Shown here: positions 12,151 to 24,984 of the stretch, in pieces
How positions within the stretch are numbered: position 1 is the first letter of the stretch
Layout of the letters: each line of letters opens with the position of its first letter
Position numbers and translations under genes: made by a program
Source: Carcharhinus amblyrhynchos
Taxonomy: Eukaryota
Length of the DNA stretch: 64,000 nucleotides
Direction: 5' to 3'
Assembly: GCA_965287045.1 (NCBI GenBank)
Contig: OZ336889.1
Span: forward strand, 44,082,001-44,146,000
The notes under the pieces: generated by a model
The model's input: the letters and a program-made list of their open reading frames with translations, nothing else
The model's database searches: none
What the model was told of the DNA's origin: nothing

Positions 12151-12747
12151 AAAGATGTTGCTGTGGGAGCTGATTCCCTTCCCGAAAGGATATTAGTGAA
12201 CCAGATGGAGTTTTATGACAGTCGACAATGTTTTCATGGCCATCAGTCAGGATTGTGACAGCATACCCTCTACTTGCCTGGTTTAATGCAACTCCAGAAA
12301 CAATCAAGAACCTCGACGTTATTCAGGATAAAGCAGCTTGGCTCGCGATCAATGCCCTTGAATATTTACATTCTCCACTGCCAGCACGAAGTGACAAAAG
12401 TATGTAAGTGCTCCAAAATGTATAGCAACAAGTGGCGTCGTTTCTTTCGACTGCAGCTTCCAAACGTGCAAAAGGGAAACAGGTCTTTCGGAACATTACC
12501 ATAATGCAAGTAACGCACCTTAATTATAATCACTGTTTATTTTTTCTTGTTGGTTAAGTCCAGAAAACCCTTCCCGACAGCACTGTGGTGCACCTAAAAT
12601 GCATGGAGTTAAGAGGGTCAACTAGAAACCGCTCATTATTGTGTTCTCAAAAGATTATTCATTAAATGTAGTATTGCCCGGGACGCTGCCATGTCAAGAA
12701 CGAACACAAAAATGCCTTTGCTCGAACACAATCCCTAGCTCTTACTT

Positions 12748-12838
12748 AGGGCAGCACGGTGGCACAGTGGTTCGCGCAGCTGCCTCACGGCACCAGGGCC
12801 TGGAGTTCGATTCCCAGCTTGGGTTACTATCTGCGTGG
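12748..12838 (+). mobile_element. SINE tRNA-like head (truncated)
   Basis: gggcagcacggtggcacagtggtt...gttcgattccc with A- and B-box-like motifs. Confidence 0.7.
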
Positions 12839-13519
12839 GTGCCAGTCAACCTGACGTTCCCTCCTCGCTTCGGTCTACTGAGGCCCTTAACAGGACATTC
12901 ACTAGCAACGTAAAAGCCTTATTCCCTTTCCACCACTATTTCAACTGCACTGCAGGAAGGCGAGTGCGAGGAGGTTAATCTTCACTGCGCTGGGGTGTCC
13001 CAGCTAGACTGTCCCAAATATAGAGCTGAATTCTTAGTTCACATGACTGTTGTTCTTGGGGAAATAGCTGAAAGCAGTGTTCGTTTTTGGTACTTCCGAG
13101 CTGATGGAGATGTCAGCTCGTCAGATTAGGCAGCACTGCCTCCGAGGGAGGGCGGAGGACTCACTCTGAAACAATGGAGGCTACCGCCAGCAATGTCACT
13201 GCAGGGTAGCCGACTTAATAAGCCTGGGAACCAATAATCGGAGTTTTCTTCCCAGTACAATGGGGAGGGGTGAGGAGGGTGTTTGTATGTGTGTGTTTGG
13301 GGGTGTGGGGGGTGGGAGGTGGGGAGCGGTGATGGTGGAGAAACAGCGCCTTTGCCTAAAATCGAACCCTGGGTTTTTTCATCCTGACACTGGACTGAGA
13401 AAGGTTGATCTGGATTTTGATACTATGATAATATTCTTATTTTATTTTCCACATTCGCTCTCCTCCCCCGCGCCATCATAGCAAAAGTCTGGTTAGATTT
13501 TGAGTGATTTTAGATTTTG

Positions 13520-14170
13520 ACCTTTTGAGTGAAAGGCATATTCCGCATGTCCCCTGTCATCTTTCTCCCAATCAACGTAAATCTATGCCTCTGGGATTTG
13601 ATCTGCTAAGGGAATCAAATATTTCCTGTTTAACCGGTAAAGGCCCCTCATAATTTTGTATGCCTCGGTTAGTTCACCCTTTATCCTCCTCTGTTCTAAT
13701 GAAAACAAGTCTCGCCTGTGCAATTTCTCCTCATATCTGCAATTTTCACAACCTGGCAACATTATATTTTCTCTGCAGTCTCTTCAGGACAATTGCTCTT
13801 CCAGTAACGTCGTGGCCAGAACAGTGCAAAATGATTCAAACTGGGGCCAAACCAGCATTTTAGGCAGTTCCATTATTTCATCCTTAGTTTTGTAATCAAT
13901 ACCGCCGCCAATAATGGGAAACATTCCACACGCTTTCTTGATCGGCATGTCCTCTTGTCCTGGCACGTTTAAGAACCTATGGACATGTGCCCCAAGATCT
14001 CTCATTCCTCAACTCCTCTTAATATATTTCCACCATTTGATATTCCCTTGCTTTGTTTGACCTCCACAAATGCATTCACTCACATTCTTTGCAGATTGAT
14101 TCCCATTTAGCATTTCTATGCCCATTCAACCGAGCCATTAAAATACTTCTGACGTTGGCAGCTGTCCAAA
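13520..14170 (-). mobile_element. Decayed CR1 fragment
   Basis: Minus ORF 13784-14005 (RDLGAHVHRFL...KKACGM) is CR1 RT-like. Confidence 0.7.
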
Positions 14171-14249
14171 AAGCATTTCCACACACAGTACCAGGAACCT
14201 CCTTGAGCTCCTCCCACTCCACAGCAGGAACTTATTCGTCCATCGGGTG

Positions 14250-14555
14250 GAAGCGTCGCTGGCTGGTCCAGCATTTATTAATCGCCCCTAATTGCCCTTG
14301 AACTGAGTAGCTTGCTCATTTTCAGAAGGCATGTAAGAATCGAACACATTGTTGTGTATCTGGAGTCGCTTGTAAGACAGACCAGGTAAGGACGGCGGAT
14401 TTCCTTCCCTAAAGGGCATTAGTGAATCAAATTGACTTTTACGACAATCAGCATAAAGGTTCCAGGTGTTTATTGAATTCAAACTTCACCACCCGCCATG
14501 GCAGTATTGTGATTATCTTGGGTTGCTGGATTACTAGTCCAGTGAGAATACCACG
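14250..14555 (-). mobile_element. Second tRNA-derived SINE family
   Basis: Reverse complement of the family at 32530-32806 (gggaaggaaatccgccgtccttacctggtctg). Confidence 0.65.
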
Positions 14556-14859
14556 AGCCAACTTCCCGAAACTCCGCTGGAGTTTGGGAAGAAACTCCAT
14601 ATCTAAACAGCAAGGTGAAATTGGTTCTGCACCTTGGCATTAAATAGACACCATCTTTACAAATTGCTATGTATTGGGAAACTCCCAGACAATATCCCCA
14701 TTTCACATATCTGGTGACCGTGGCATTATGTCAAGACAGCTATTTTATCTTATGTGTCCGATATTTTCTATAGTGAAACAGATCCAAGAAATCTATTAGA
14801 TTTGTGTGATATATATTTATGAATTCATCACAACACCCCGAATAATAGATGAAAGACTT

Positions 14860-15910
14860 TTATGAACATACAAAATAGGAGCAGAAGTAGGCCATTCAGC
14901 CCCTCTAATCTGTTTCACTATTTGATAAGATCATGGCTGATCGCTTTGTTTCAACTTCTAAAGTTCCACCTACACCTGATCACCTCCGAATTTCTTACGC
15001 AACAACAGCTTATCTACTTCCGGCTTTTAAATTTTTCGATGACCCCGCCTCTACCGCCGTCTGATGCAAAGCGTTCCAAAGTTGCACAGCAGTCTCAGAG
15101 GGGAAAAAATACATTCTCCTCACCGTTGTCCTGAAGAGGCGATATCTAGTTTGAAAGCAGCGTCCCTTCTCCTGGACTCAACCGCAAGAGGAAACATCCT
15201 TTCCAAGTCCACTCTGTCAAGATAAATCCGGATCTTATATCCTTCAATCAAGTCAACCCTCACTCTCCTAAATCCCAGTGGAAACAAGCCAGTATGGTTA
15301 GCCTTTCTTTATAAGACCTCCCGTTCTATCTAGATATCTAATAAAACTCGTCTCAACTTTCTCCAATACATTTACATCCTTTCTAAATAAGGAGACCAAC
15401 ACTACGCACAATATTCGAGATTGGCTCTCACTGTTGCCCTGTATAACTGAAGCATAACATCCTCACTTTTATGTTCAATTCATCTCATCTTAAAGGATCT
15501 AATTCCATTAACCTACTTAGTTACTTTCTGTGTCTACAGATTGATTTTTGTCACTCATGCACCAAAAAACCTATATCCCACTAAACCTCTGAATGATGCA
15601 GATGTTTTTGTTCATGCAATAATCATTAAATATGCATATATATTCCCGACTAATTGGGCATATTCGCACTTTCAACACATTATACTCCAGGTGCTAGATT
15701 TTTGTGGACTTGCGTAATCCATCCATGCCGTCTGCAACCTGCTGAAGTCCTCTTCAGAATCTACTTTCTACATTTCTACCTGCAAATTTAGCTACTATGT
15801 CTTCACTTCCCCATCTAAGTCATTGATATAAATTGCATCATATTGAAGCCCCAGCACAGGCACATGCGAGACGCCATCCCTGCCAATCAGAAAATGACCC
15901 ATTTATGCTT
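14860..15910 (-). mobile_element. Decayed CR1 LINE 3' region
   Basis: Reverse CR1 tail (ataggagcagaagtaggccattcagcccc) followed by RT-like debris. Confidence 0.65.
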
Positions 15911-17637
15911 GCCAGTTGATTACATTCGGGCAGATTGTTCGTTTGTCAGGTATGACTTTAGGCCTAGCAGACAGATCTCAATCTTGAAGTCATATATTCA
16001 AAAAAAAAATAAGATTTGATTTACTGAGAACCAGTTGGTTCCAAGGGGGCCATATCCCCTATGTCTCATACGATATTGCACCAATAGGCGGTTATATAAC
16101 CTCTGCATCGTATGTTATTGCACCAGTAGGTGGCAGTGTTGCTTCACATATTCTTGGTGAGCAGCCATGTGATAGGAATCTCTTATTTGACATCTCAGCA
16201 GTAAAAGGAACATCTGCCTTTAATTATATCTCATTTAATCAAAATGTTAACTTCATGACATTGGTCCTCATATGCGCCACAATTATTCACATAAACCATT
16301 TGATATTTCTTATAGTGTCCTCAGCTATCAATTCTTGTTGCTTAGGTTTGGCCAAGCGTCAAGAACATAATGCGCGAGGGCCCGCAGAGAGCTTCCACCC
16401 GGTGTGCAACGCTGGCCCAGTTTTCCAGATGGGCAACGGCCCAGGGCACGCCTTTCAGGAGTAAGCAGGTCAGAGAAGATCGCAGAGTTGCTCTGGGGCA
16501 TCGTGCAACTTCTCTCTCGGTTCGTCTCTCGTTTCCGCTGTTTTCTCCTTCCCTTGTGATCGGGATCTGCTCGGGTTCACTCACCAATCTCATTCTATCT
16601 CCGTGGTCCTGTGTTTGCTCACTCCACGCGGGCCTCTCTCCGTGCTTTACTCTCCCCATCCTCCTGTTGTCTGCGGTTTCCAGGGACAGGCATTGAAAAG
16701 CAGATACTGCCATCTCGCTGATATTTGTAGCTGAATACCCGACTCTTTCAAAGCATTATTAAAATAATGTGAATGCAGTATCGTCATGTTGTGAGCACTA
16801 GATATTAATTTAATTTAGACGGGGGCCCATGACGACTAATTCATTTGAAAGGAATGAAAAACAAAGTGATTAGGTAAAATTGGGATGTTCTGTTCGGAGC
16901 AGATCTGGTTAAGGAGAGATTTGATTGAGACCTTTTTGACTGAGCTTGACGGAGAAAATGGAAATAAACTGTTTCCAGAGGCAGAAAGCCCGAATCCAAA
17001 AAATTAAAGTAATTTGTGATAGAAACTGAAATGCGGGGAGGGGGCGGGTGTGGGAATCCAAGGCGAAGTTTTAAGATCTACTTTGCCATGGCAGACTGAG
17101 TGATGAAATACGATTCTATAATAACTGAGACAGGATATTATCAAAATAGATTAAGATGGAAAATATGTAGGGCTATGGTCAGTGAGCGTAATTCTGCAGG
17201 TACTTCTTAGGATCGGTATCTGAAGGGTAATCAGATTGGCTCCCCCTTTACTATAGTGTAGCACGATTGCTGTATTAATGAAATGTTATCCGCGACCAGA
17301 ACAGTCAGGCCTCGAAATGCAATTATTTCTGGTTCTTTTCTGTGCCGATCGACCCGACAATGAAAATGTTACTGCTCCCAATTCTTCATAACGCAAATAG
17401 TTGTGTGATAAACTATTATAATATCATAGTTATGTAAGCATTACAGCAGGTTTGGCGATTCGGTTCATCGAGTCTATCCCGATTCCGAATGAGCAAAACA
17501 GCCAGTCGCATTCTCTCGCTCTATTCCGTAACCATGCAAGTGTGTTTCCATGAGGTGCATATCTTATTTTCTTTTGAAATCAATGATAGCCTCTGTTCCT
17601 AGCACTCTCGTACTCATATCACAAAAAGTCTTCCTCA

Positions 17638-18093
17638 GGTTTTAAGCCGGTCCGCCTTCTTGTCCAACAAGGGGGATACACGCGATGGGTCGTAGAAGGA
17701 CTGCTCTTGTATGTTCGAGAATCGCCTAGTACTTCATGTCGTTAGTGTACGCTTAAACTGGACCAGATGCTGGGCAACACGACAGCTCAGTGACCATCAC
17801 TGTTTGCTGTGCAGACACATGGATTTGGGTCAGTGTCCGTGGGAGTTTGCGCATTCTCCCCGTGCTTGCGTGGGTTTTCTCCGGGTGCTCCGGTTTCCTC
17901 CCACACCCCAAAGATGTGCTATTAGGCTGATTGGAGGTAATAAATGTCCCTAAATTAGTTTTCCCTCAGTGTGGAATGCCACAAGGATAGATTAGGCTCA
18001 TGGGTGGAGGGGGTATTGGGAATGTTAAAATGGCAGCGCGGGCTGGTTGGGCCGAAGGGCCTGTTTCCCGGGCTGTTTTTTTGTTCTTTGTTC
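17638..18093 (+). mobile_element. V-domain-containing retroposon lacking a tRNA head, inserted in a minus-strand CR1 fragment
   Basis: 5' ~190 nt and V core align to the reverse complement of ~34140-34450; ends in ttgttctttgttct. Confidence 0.7.
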
Positions 18094-18484
18094 TCTGACA
18101 TTCCCTGTACTTTTTGCCCAAATCTTTAAATCTGTGTCTTCTGCTCATTGTACCACAGAAAATTGGAACTGCTTTTCTGTCCCCACCTCATGAAAACTGC
18201 ACTTCCGTCAAGTTCCCCTTTTTTCCATCTGAACTGCCCCAGGTCTCCCACTTAACCTTCTTCCTAAATTTCCTAGAATCGTCCTGGCAAACCTCCTCTG
18301 CACTCTCTTAAGGATCTTCATATCTTCCCGAAAGAGTGGTGACCAGAACTGGACGCAATATGTTAGTTTTGGCCTAACCAGGACTATATAAAGCTTCAGC
18401 ACACTTGTCTGGTTTTGTACTCAATGCATCTGTTTGTGAACTAAAAGGTTCCACACGTTTTTCCAGGCACTGATGAATAACATG

Positions 18485-21400
18485 CTAAAAATGAATGACA
18501 AGAATGCTATGGCGTGTGAGGACTTAGAAGCTATCATTACCACTAAAGAAATAGTGTTGAGCTAATGAGGCTAAAGGTAGAAGAATCTCCTGGAGCTGAT
18601 GGAACTCATCCCAGGGTACTAAAAGAGATGGCGGGGGAATTAGCAAATGCACTAGTGGTAATTATTCAAATCTGGAGAGGTTGCTGCAGATTGGAAAACA
18701 GCAAATGCGACGCCACTGTTTAAAGAAGGAGATAGACAAAAGGCGGGTAACTACAGGCCAGTTAGCTTAACATCCATTGGGAAGACACAGCATGGGTTCA
18801 TGAAGGGCAGGTCACGTTTGACTCATGTGTTAAAATTCTTTGAGAAGATTTCAATGAGGGACCTGTGGATGTGGTGTATCTGTATTTCCAGAAAGATACA
18901 AAAATCTGAGGTCATGTACCAAATGACTCAGGAATAGCTTTTTCTTCTCTGCTGGCGTTTGACATTTGAATGGACCTACCTTTCATTAAGTTAATCTTTA
19001 TCTACATTATCTATGACTAACATTACATTCTGCACTCTCTCCTTTCATTCTCTATGAACGTTTTGTTATGTCTGCATAGCGCACATAAACAATACTTTTC
19101 ACTGTATGTTAATACATGTGATTATAATAAATCAAATAAAAATAATCCAGAAGACCTTTGGTGAGGCCCCTCATGGAAGGTTGGTTAGGAATATTGAGTC
19201 CCTCGGTGTACATGGGGAGTTTGTAAATTGGATTAGAGACTGGCTCAATGGAAGAAGCCACACAGTGGTTGTGGAGGATTGCTTCTCTGAGTGGAGGCGT
19301 GTGATGAGTGGTGTGCTGCAGGGACCGGTGTTGGGTCCATTGTTGTTTGTCATCTATATCAATGATCTGGATCATAATGTGGTAAATTGGATCAGCAAAT
19401 TTGCTGATGATACAAAGATTGTAGGTGTAGTGGACAGTTTTCAAAGCTTGCAGAGGGGTTTGGACCAACTAGAAAAATGTGCTGAAAAATGGCAAATGGA
19501 AGTTAACGCAGACAAGTGTGAGGTATTGCATTTTGAAAGGACAAACCAAAGTAGAACATACAGGGTTAATGGTTGGACTCTGAAGAGTGCAGTTGAACAG
19601 AGGGATCTGGGAATACAGGTATCGAACTCCCTAAAAGTGGCGTCACAGGTGGATTGGGTCGTAACGTGTGCTTTTGGTACATTGACCTTTATCAATCGGA
19701 GTATCGAGTATAAAAGGTTGAGTGTTATAGTAAGGTTGTATAAGGCATTGGTGAGGTCGAACTTCGAGTATTGTATACAGTTTTGGTCGCCTAGTTACAG
19801 GAAGGATGTAAATAAGGTTGAAAGAGTGCAGGAAAGGTTCACAAGGATGTTGCCGGGACTTGAGAAGCTGAGTTACAGAGATTGAATAGGTGAGGTCATT
19901 ATTCCCTGGAGAGTAGAAGAATGAGGGGAGATTTGATAGAGGTGTATGAGATTTTGATGTGTACGGATAGAGTGAATGCAAGCAGGCTTTTTCCACTGAG
20001 ACTGGAGGAGAAAAAAGTTTTCGTCAGACATTCCGTACTTTTTGCCCAGATGGCTAAATCTGTGCCTGCTGCTCATTGTAGCATCAGAAAATTGGAATTC
20101 CTTTTCTGTCTCCACCTTATGGGTTATGGGTGAAAGGAGAAAAGTTTAAAGGGAATATAAGGGGAATGGGGTATTATTCATGCAGAGAGGTGTGGGAATG
20201 TGGAATGAGCTGCCGGATAAAGTGGTAAATGCGGGGTCACTTTTAACATTGAAGAAAAACTTGGACGGGTTCATGGATGAGAGGGGCTGGAGAAATATGG
20301 TCCAAATGCAGGTCAGTGGGACTAGGCAAAAACAAATGACCCGGCACAGAAACGAAGGACCAAAAGGCCTGTTTCTGAGCTGTAATTATCTATGGTTCTA
20401 TGATTCTATTAGATTAGGTGCTGCACCAAAGGATGCTGCATAGCATGAAGGTGAATGGTGTTACAGGTATTAAATTAGCATTGATAAAGGATTGGTTAAC
20501 TAACGGCAAGCAAAGCGGGGTGCGGGGGGGGAGGGGGGGCGTTAAATGGGTGTTTTTCTGGTTCTCAATCAATGACTACTAGGTTGCCTCATGAATCAGT
20601 GTTGGGACCGCAATTGTTTACAATTTACATTGATGAGGACCAAGTGCAGTGCGTCAGAATTCACATATGACACTAAAATGAGTTTTAGGGCAAAGTGTGT
20701 AGAGAACATTGAAAGTCTGCAAAGCGATATAGGTAGTCTAAGTGAGTGGGCAAGGTTCTGGCAGATGGAGTAGAATGTTGGTAAATATGAGGTCATCCAT
20801 TTTGATAGGAAAACATCAAAATGGAGTATTATTTAAATGGCAACAAATTATAGCATGCTGCTGTGCAGTGGGACCAGGTGTCCTTGTGTATGAATCCCAA
20901 AAATTTGGTTTGCGGATGCAGCAGGTATTAAGAAGGCAAATGAAATTTTGTCCTTCATTGCTAGAGGGATGGAATTTAAAAACATTGATGTTATGCTGCA
21001 GCTGTATGAGGTGCTGGTGAGGCCACACCTGGAGGACTGTGTACAGTTTTGTTCTGCTTACTCGAGAAAGGATATAATGGCACTGGAGGAAGGTGCAGAA
21101 GAGATTCAAGAGTTTCAATCCGGAGTTGAGAAGTTTGGCTTCTGAGGACAGACTGAGTAGACTGGGACTCTGCTTATTGGAATTCAGAAGAACGAGGGGA
21201 GATCTTATAGAAACATGTAAGACTATTAAGGAATTGATAAGATAGAAGTAAGGAAGTTGTTTCCACTGGCATATGAAACTAGAACGAGGGAACACGGCCG
21301 CAAAATACGGGGAGAAAATTTAGGACCGAGTTGAGGAGGAACTTCTTCACCCAAAGTGGTGTGAATCTGTGAAATTCTCTCCCCACGGCAGCAGTTGAGG

Positions 21401-21590
21401 CTACCTCGCTGAATGTTTTTAAGGCAAGGATAGATAAATTTTGAACAGCAAAAGGAATTATGGTTTATGGTGAGTGAGCAGATAAGGGGAGCGGAGTCCA
21501 TGAAAAGATTAGCCATGATCTAATTGAATGGCGGAGCAGGCTTGAGGAGCCAGATGGCTTACTCCTGCCCCCAGTTCTTATTTTCTTATG
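18485..21590 (+). mobile_element. Older CR1 LINE (18485-18900 plus 20412-21590) interrupted by nested insertions
   Basis: RT-like sequence stops near VYLYFQK (~18895) and resumes at ~20425, running to a CR1 tail at ~21590. Confidence 0.65.
19145..20410 (+). mobile_element. Nested 5'-truncated CR1 LINE, RT ORF remnant (ORF 19106-19885)
   Basis: GVLQGPVLGPLLFVIYINDL, SKFADDTK and YCIQFWSP motifs; tail ttctatgattcta. Confidence 0.9.
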
Positions 21591-22774
21591 TATTTATGAC
21601 AACAAATGCTGGCGTTGACATCCATGTCCACCCTCCATGAAGGAAAGAAAAGCAACCTATCTCTGAATATGCTCAGAACCCCTCAGCCCTGCACAACATT
21701 TAGACCTGTGGAATTCAAGTATATAGTAAATCATGTCTAAATAAAGACCCTTCTCAGGGTTAATTAGGGTTGAGCAATAAATACAGACCGAGGCCACGAT
21801 GTCTACACCCCGCTACTGAAATTAAAGTAAAAATGTATTGACTCGCTCTATCTCTTCTGGCAAAATTCACCAGCACATATACCTGCATTAAATTTCATCT
21901 GTCTCTTGTCTGTGAATTCCTGTCGCTATCTGTGCGTTGTTGCAGTGAATTGTGATCATCCTCACTGTTTGCCATACCTTGACGTTTTATATCGTGGCCA
22001 ACTTTCTCAGCACTGACAGCGAGGAAACACCAATATTTATCACCCCCCATTCTTAAAAAAAGGTGCAAGTTACTCTTCTCTGTCCTCAAGACATTTTTTA
22101 CAAGTCCAACGTGAAACTAACCCTCCTATGCCATGATCCTCAATTTTATTAAACAATCTTTTATGTGGGACTTTGCCAAAGGATTTCTTAAAATCTATAT
22201 AAATAGCATGCACTGCATTCACTTCATCAAACATTTTGCTGTTTACTGAGAAATGCCATTTTGTTAGTCAAAAACAACTTGTTTTTCACAAACCCGTGCT
22301 GGCTCACTTCAAATAAATTGAATTATTTTCCATTGTCTGCTTTTCTGAAGCCTTATTTACCAACTGTCCGGTCCATATATGTTAGAAATTTCTTTACACC
22401 TACTCCTGAACAGGGCTGGCATTCACTATTTCCGAATGCTCCGGCACCTTTCCTGTTCAGTTGTCCATCTGTTCTCTGCAGAAGGCAGAACCTTGGCCCA
22501 TTGTCTGCTGATACTTTGGCCTGAGCCGTTTTCACGGCAGGTTTTGTCAGTGGTGGTTTGCCATTGTCCTCACTCTCGGGTGCAGGGGCAGACGGCAGGT
22601 CCCCAGTCCACCGGAGTCAGAACAGAAATTGAACCGGCACCGTTGGCATTGTTCTGATACATGTGCGAGGTATCCCGGCTAACTAAATCCATCAGCCCCC
22701 AACTAGGTGTTCATCTGGAGAAAAACAGAAGGTTATGGCATCATTAACTATTATTCGTCTATTGTTAGTTTTTA

Positions 22775-23082
22775 AGGGCGACACGGTGGCACAGGTTTTA
22801 TCGCTGCCGCCTCACAGCTCCAGCGACCCGGATTCAAATCCACCCTTGGGTGACTGTCTGTGTGGAGATCTCCCGTGTCTGCGTGGGATTCCTCCTGATG
22901 CTCCAGTTTCTTCCCACAATCCAAAGATGTGCAAGATAAGTGGATTGGCCACGCTGAATTGTCCTATCCTGTCCAGGACTTGGTGGTGCAAATGGGTGAG
23001 GTTACGGACTTGGGGGATTGCTGTCGATGCAGGCTTGATAGGCCGAACGGCCTGCTTCTGCAGGGATTTTATGATTCTATGA
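22775..23082 (+). mobile_element. V-SINE (HE1-like), paralogue of 1498-1800
   Basis: Same position and sequence within the duplication. Confidence 0.8.
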
Positions 23083-23964
23083 ATATTTATGAATTTGTTG
23101 TGAATGTTAGGCGCTATTTTCAAATTAGGTACGAACGGAATTTAGTATAATATTTTCTACAATAAGGGTGCAATCCGTGCTTGATCTTGAAGCTTCCATA
23201 ACTATCACAAATTTAATGAACAACTGCTTTATTTGACTTTTCACAATTCATTCTTCAAAGTGTTGACATAATAAACTCGCAGTCTCATGTGGCAAAAAGT
23301 ATCCCTCCCAGGCCGGTTAATAAAACTTCATCTCATCGTCCATGTTTTTCTCAGAATACTTAATTCACCAAGGCTCTCCATTCCCGGCAGTTCGCGAAGA
23401 ACACAAGGTGCAATCAACATCAAATATTCCTGTGCATTTTCCATCCTTCATTGTCTGCTTGTCTGTCTCCTCTCTCTCTCTGTCTTGCTCTATCTATCTA
23501 TCTGCCTGACTGTCTGTCTATCCCTCTCTATCTATCTATCTGTGTGTCTTTCCACCTACCTACCTACATATCTGTTCTTTCTTTCTATCCGTCCTAACCG
23601 TCCGACCCTCTATCCATCTATCTTTCTATCTATCTATCGCTCTGTCTCTCTGTCCATCCACTCATCTATCTGTTGTGTGTTGTCAATAAGGACACTGCTC
23701 AACCTCTTTAATTTCTCGCTCTGCTCAAACTCAATTCGCACTCTGCTTTCCCAACTCGAGTTTGGGCGGAATCATACAGTCACAAACCAGTTTACTGCCC
23801 CCAGCTTTTCCGCTTTATTGTCCTGCTCAGGCTTCTAAAACTCAAATACGCTGGTCACGCAGTCACCCATGTTTTACCCGCCATTTCATTTTTCTGGTAT
23901 TCATTTATTCACGGGTTGACATCTATTTTTTGACATTTGTTTCTAAAATAGCTGACAGGCGCCT

Positions 23965-24090
23965 ATGCAAATAGCAGTCAACTCAGGACGCGAAATCCTA
24001 TTGCCCGCTTTAGATGACGGGGTTTCGCATGCATACTTAATATTCAATGACGTTGTCAAGTTTGCAGCCTCTTAAGGAGAGCTTTATAAA
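23965..24090 (+). promoter_or_regulatory. IgL cluster 2 promoter
   Basis: ATGCAAAT at 23965-23972, TGACGT at 24048-24053, TATAAA at 24085-24090. Confidence 0.75.
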
Positions 24091-24151
24091 GAGCCCAGGA
24101 ACGCACTGTGTCAAGAAGTATTTCAGTCTGACCCTCACTCGGACCTTCATC

Positions 24152-24194
24152 ATGACTGTTCGAGTTCTTGCCGCACTAATGCTCTGTTTTCACA
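24152..24194 (+). CDS. IGL: Ig light chain cluster 2, leader exon
   Basis: MTVRVLAALMLCFH followed by donor A|gtaggt at 24195. Confidence 0.9.
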
Positions 24195-24329
24195 GTAGGT
24201 GTTGCGTTAACTTTCACTCTTGTTGCTATTTTTACTGCATTTATTGTCTATGTTTGACTTTAACGGAGCTGAATTGCAAACAATATAAACAATTGTCGAG
24301 CCTGACAGGTCAATAACTTATTTCACCAG

Positions 24330-24659
24330 GTACCATCGGAGATATTGTCCTGACCCAGCCAGGATCCATTTCAACATCCCCGGGAAAGACTGTCAAGATC
24401 ACCTGTACCGCGTCCGGAGGCAGCATTGACGACTACTACACGAGCTGGTACTGGCAGAAACCCGGCAGAGCCCCTGTGCTTGTTTGGGACGAGAGCTCTG
24501 ATACGGCTTCGGGTATTCCAGATCGATTCGCCGGGTCTGTGGACTCATCGAGTAACAAGATGCATTTAACCATCACCAACGTTCAATCGGAGGACGCCGC
24601 CGATTATTACTGTTATGCAGCTCGTACCTTCGGGAAAGGAACCAAGCTGAACCTGGGCA
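24330..24659 (+). CDS. IGL: Ig lambda-like germline-joined V-J exon, cluster 2 (CDR3 YAART)
   Basis: Acceptor tttcaccag|; DIVLTQPGS...[38 protein letters not shown]...DYYC-YAART-FGKGTKLNLG; donor gtaagt at 24660. Confidence 0.97.
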
Positions 24660-24984
24660 GTAAGTAAATTATTTACCGCGTTATTGCGGACACTGAAGAA
24701 AAAACACTTTAAACATATTGGCTTTACAGTATGAATTATAGAAAATCACGGCTACTGTCATTTAAATGCACTTAGACAGACCTGGTGAATCAGTGTCATG
24801 TGCCTTGCAAAAGTTAGTCAGTGCGACCAATTTTGCAGGCAATATCTAGGCTTTTAAACGTGTCCGGGACAATTTTTTCTCAGATGAAACCATATCATCC
24901 GGTTTTAAATAGGGCAGAGGGAAAGTGAAACGAGGTTCACTGGGATCTTCCTGAATGTTCTGGCGGAAATTTGCTCCATATTCT

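Noticed and set aside
12748-12838. tRNA gene
   Set aside because: It is the head of the SINE family found many times here; no convincing cloverleaf or terminator.
12914-13130. Ig-like fragment (EGECEEVNLHC...)
   Set aside because: No conserved Trp or YxC, and no splice framework.
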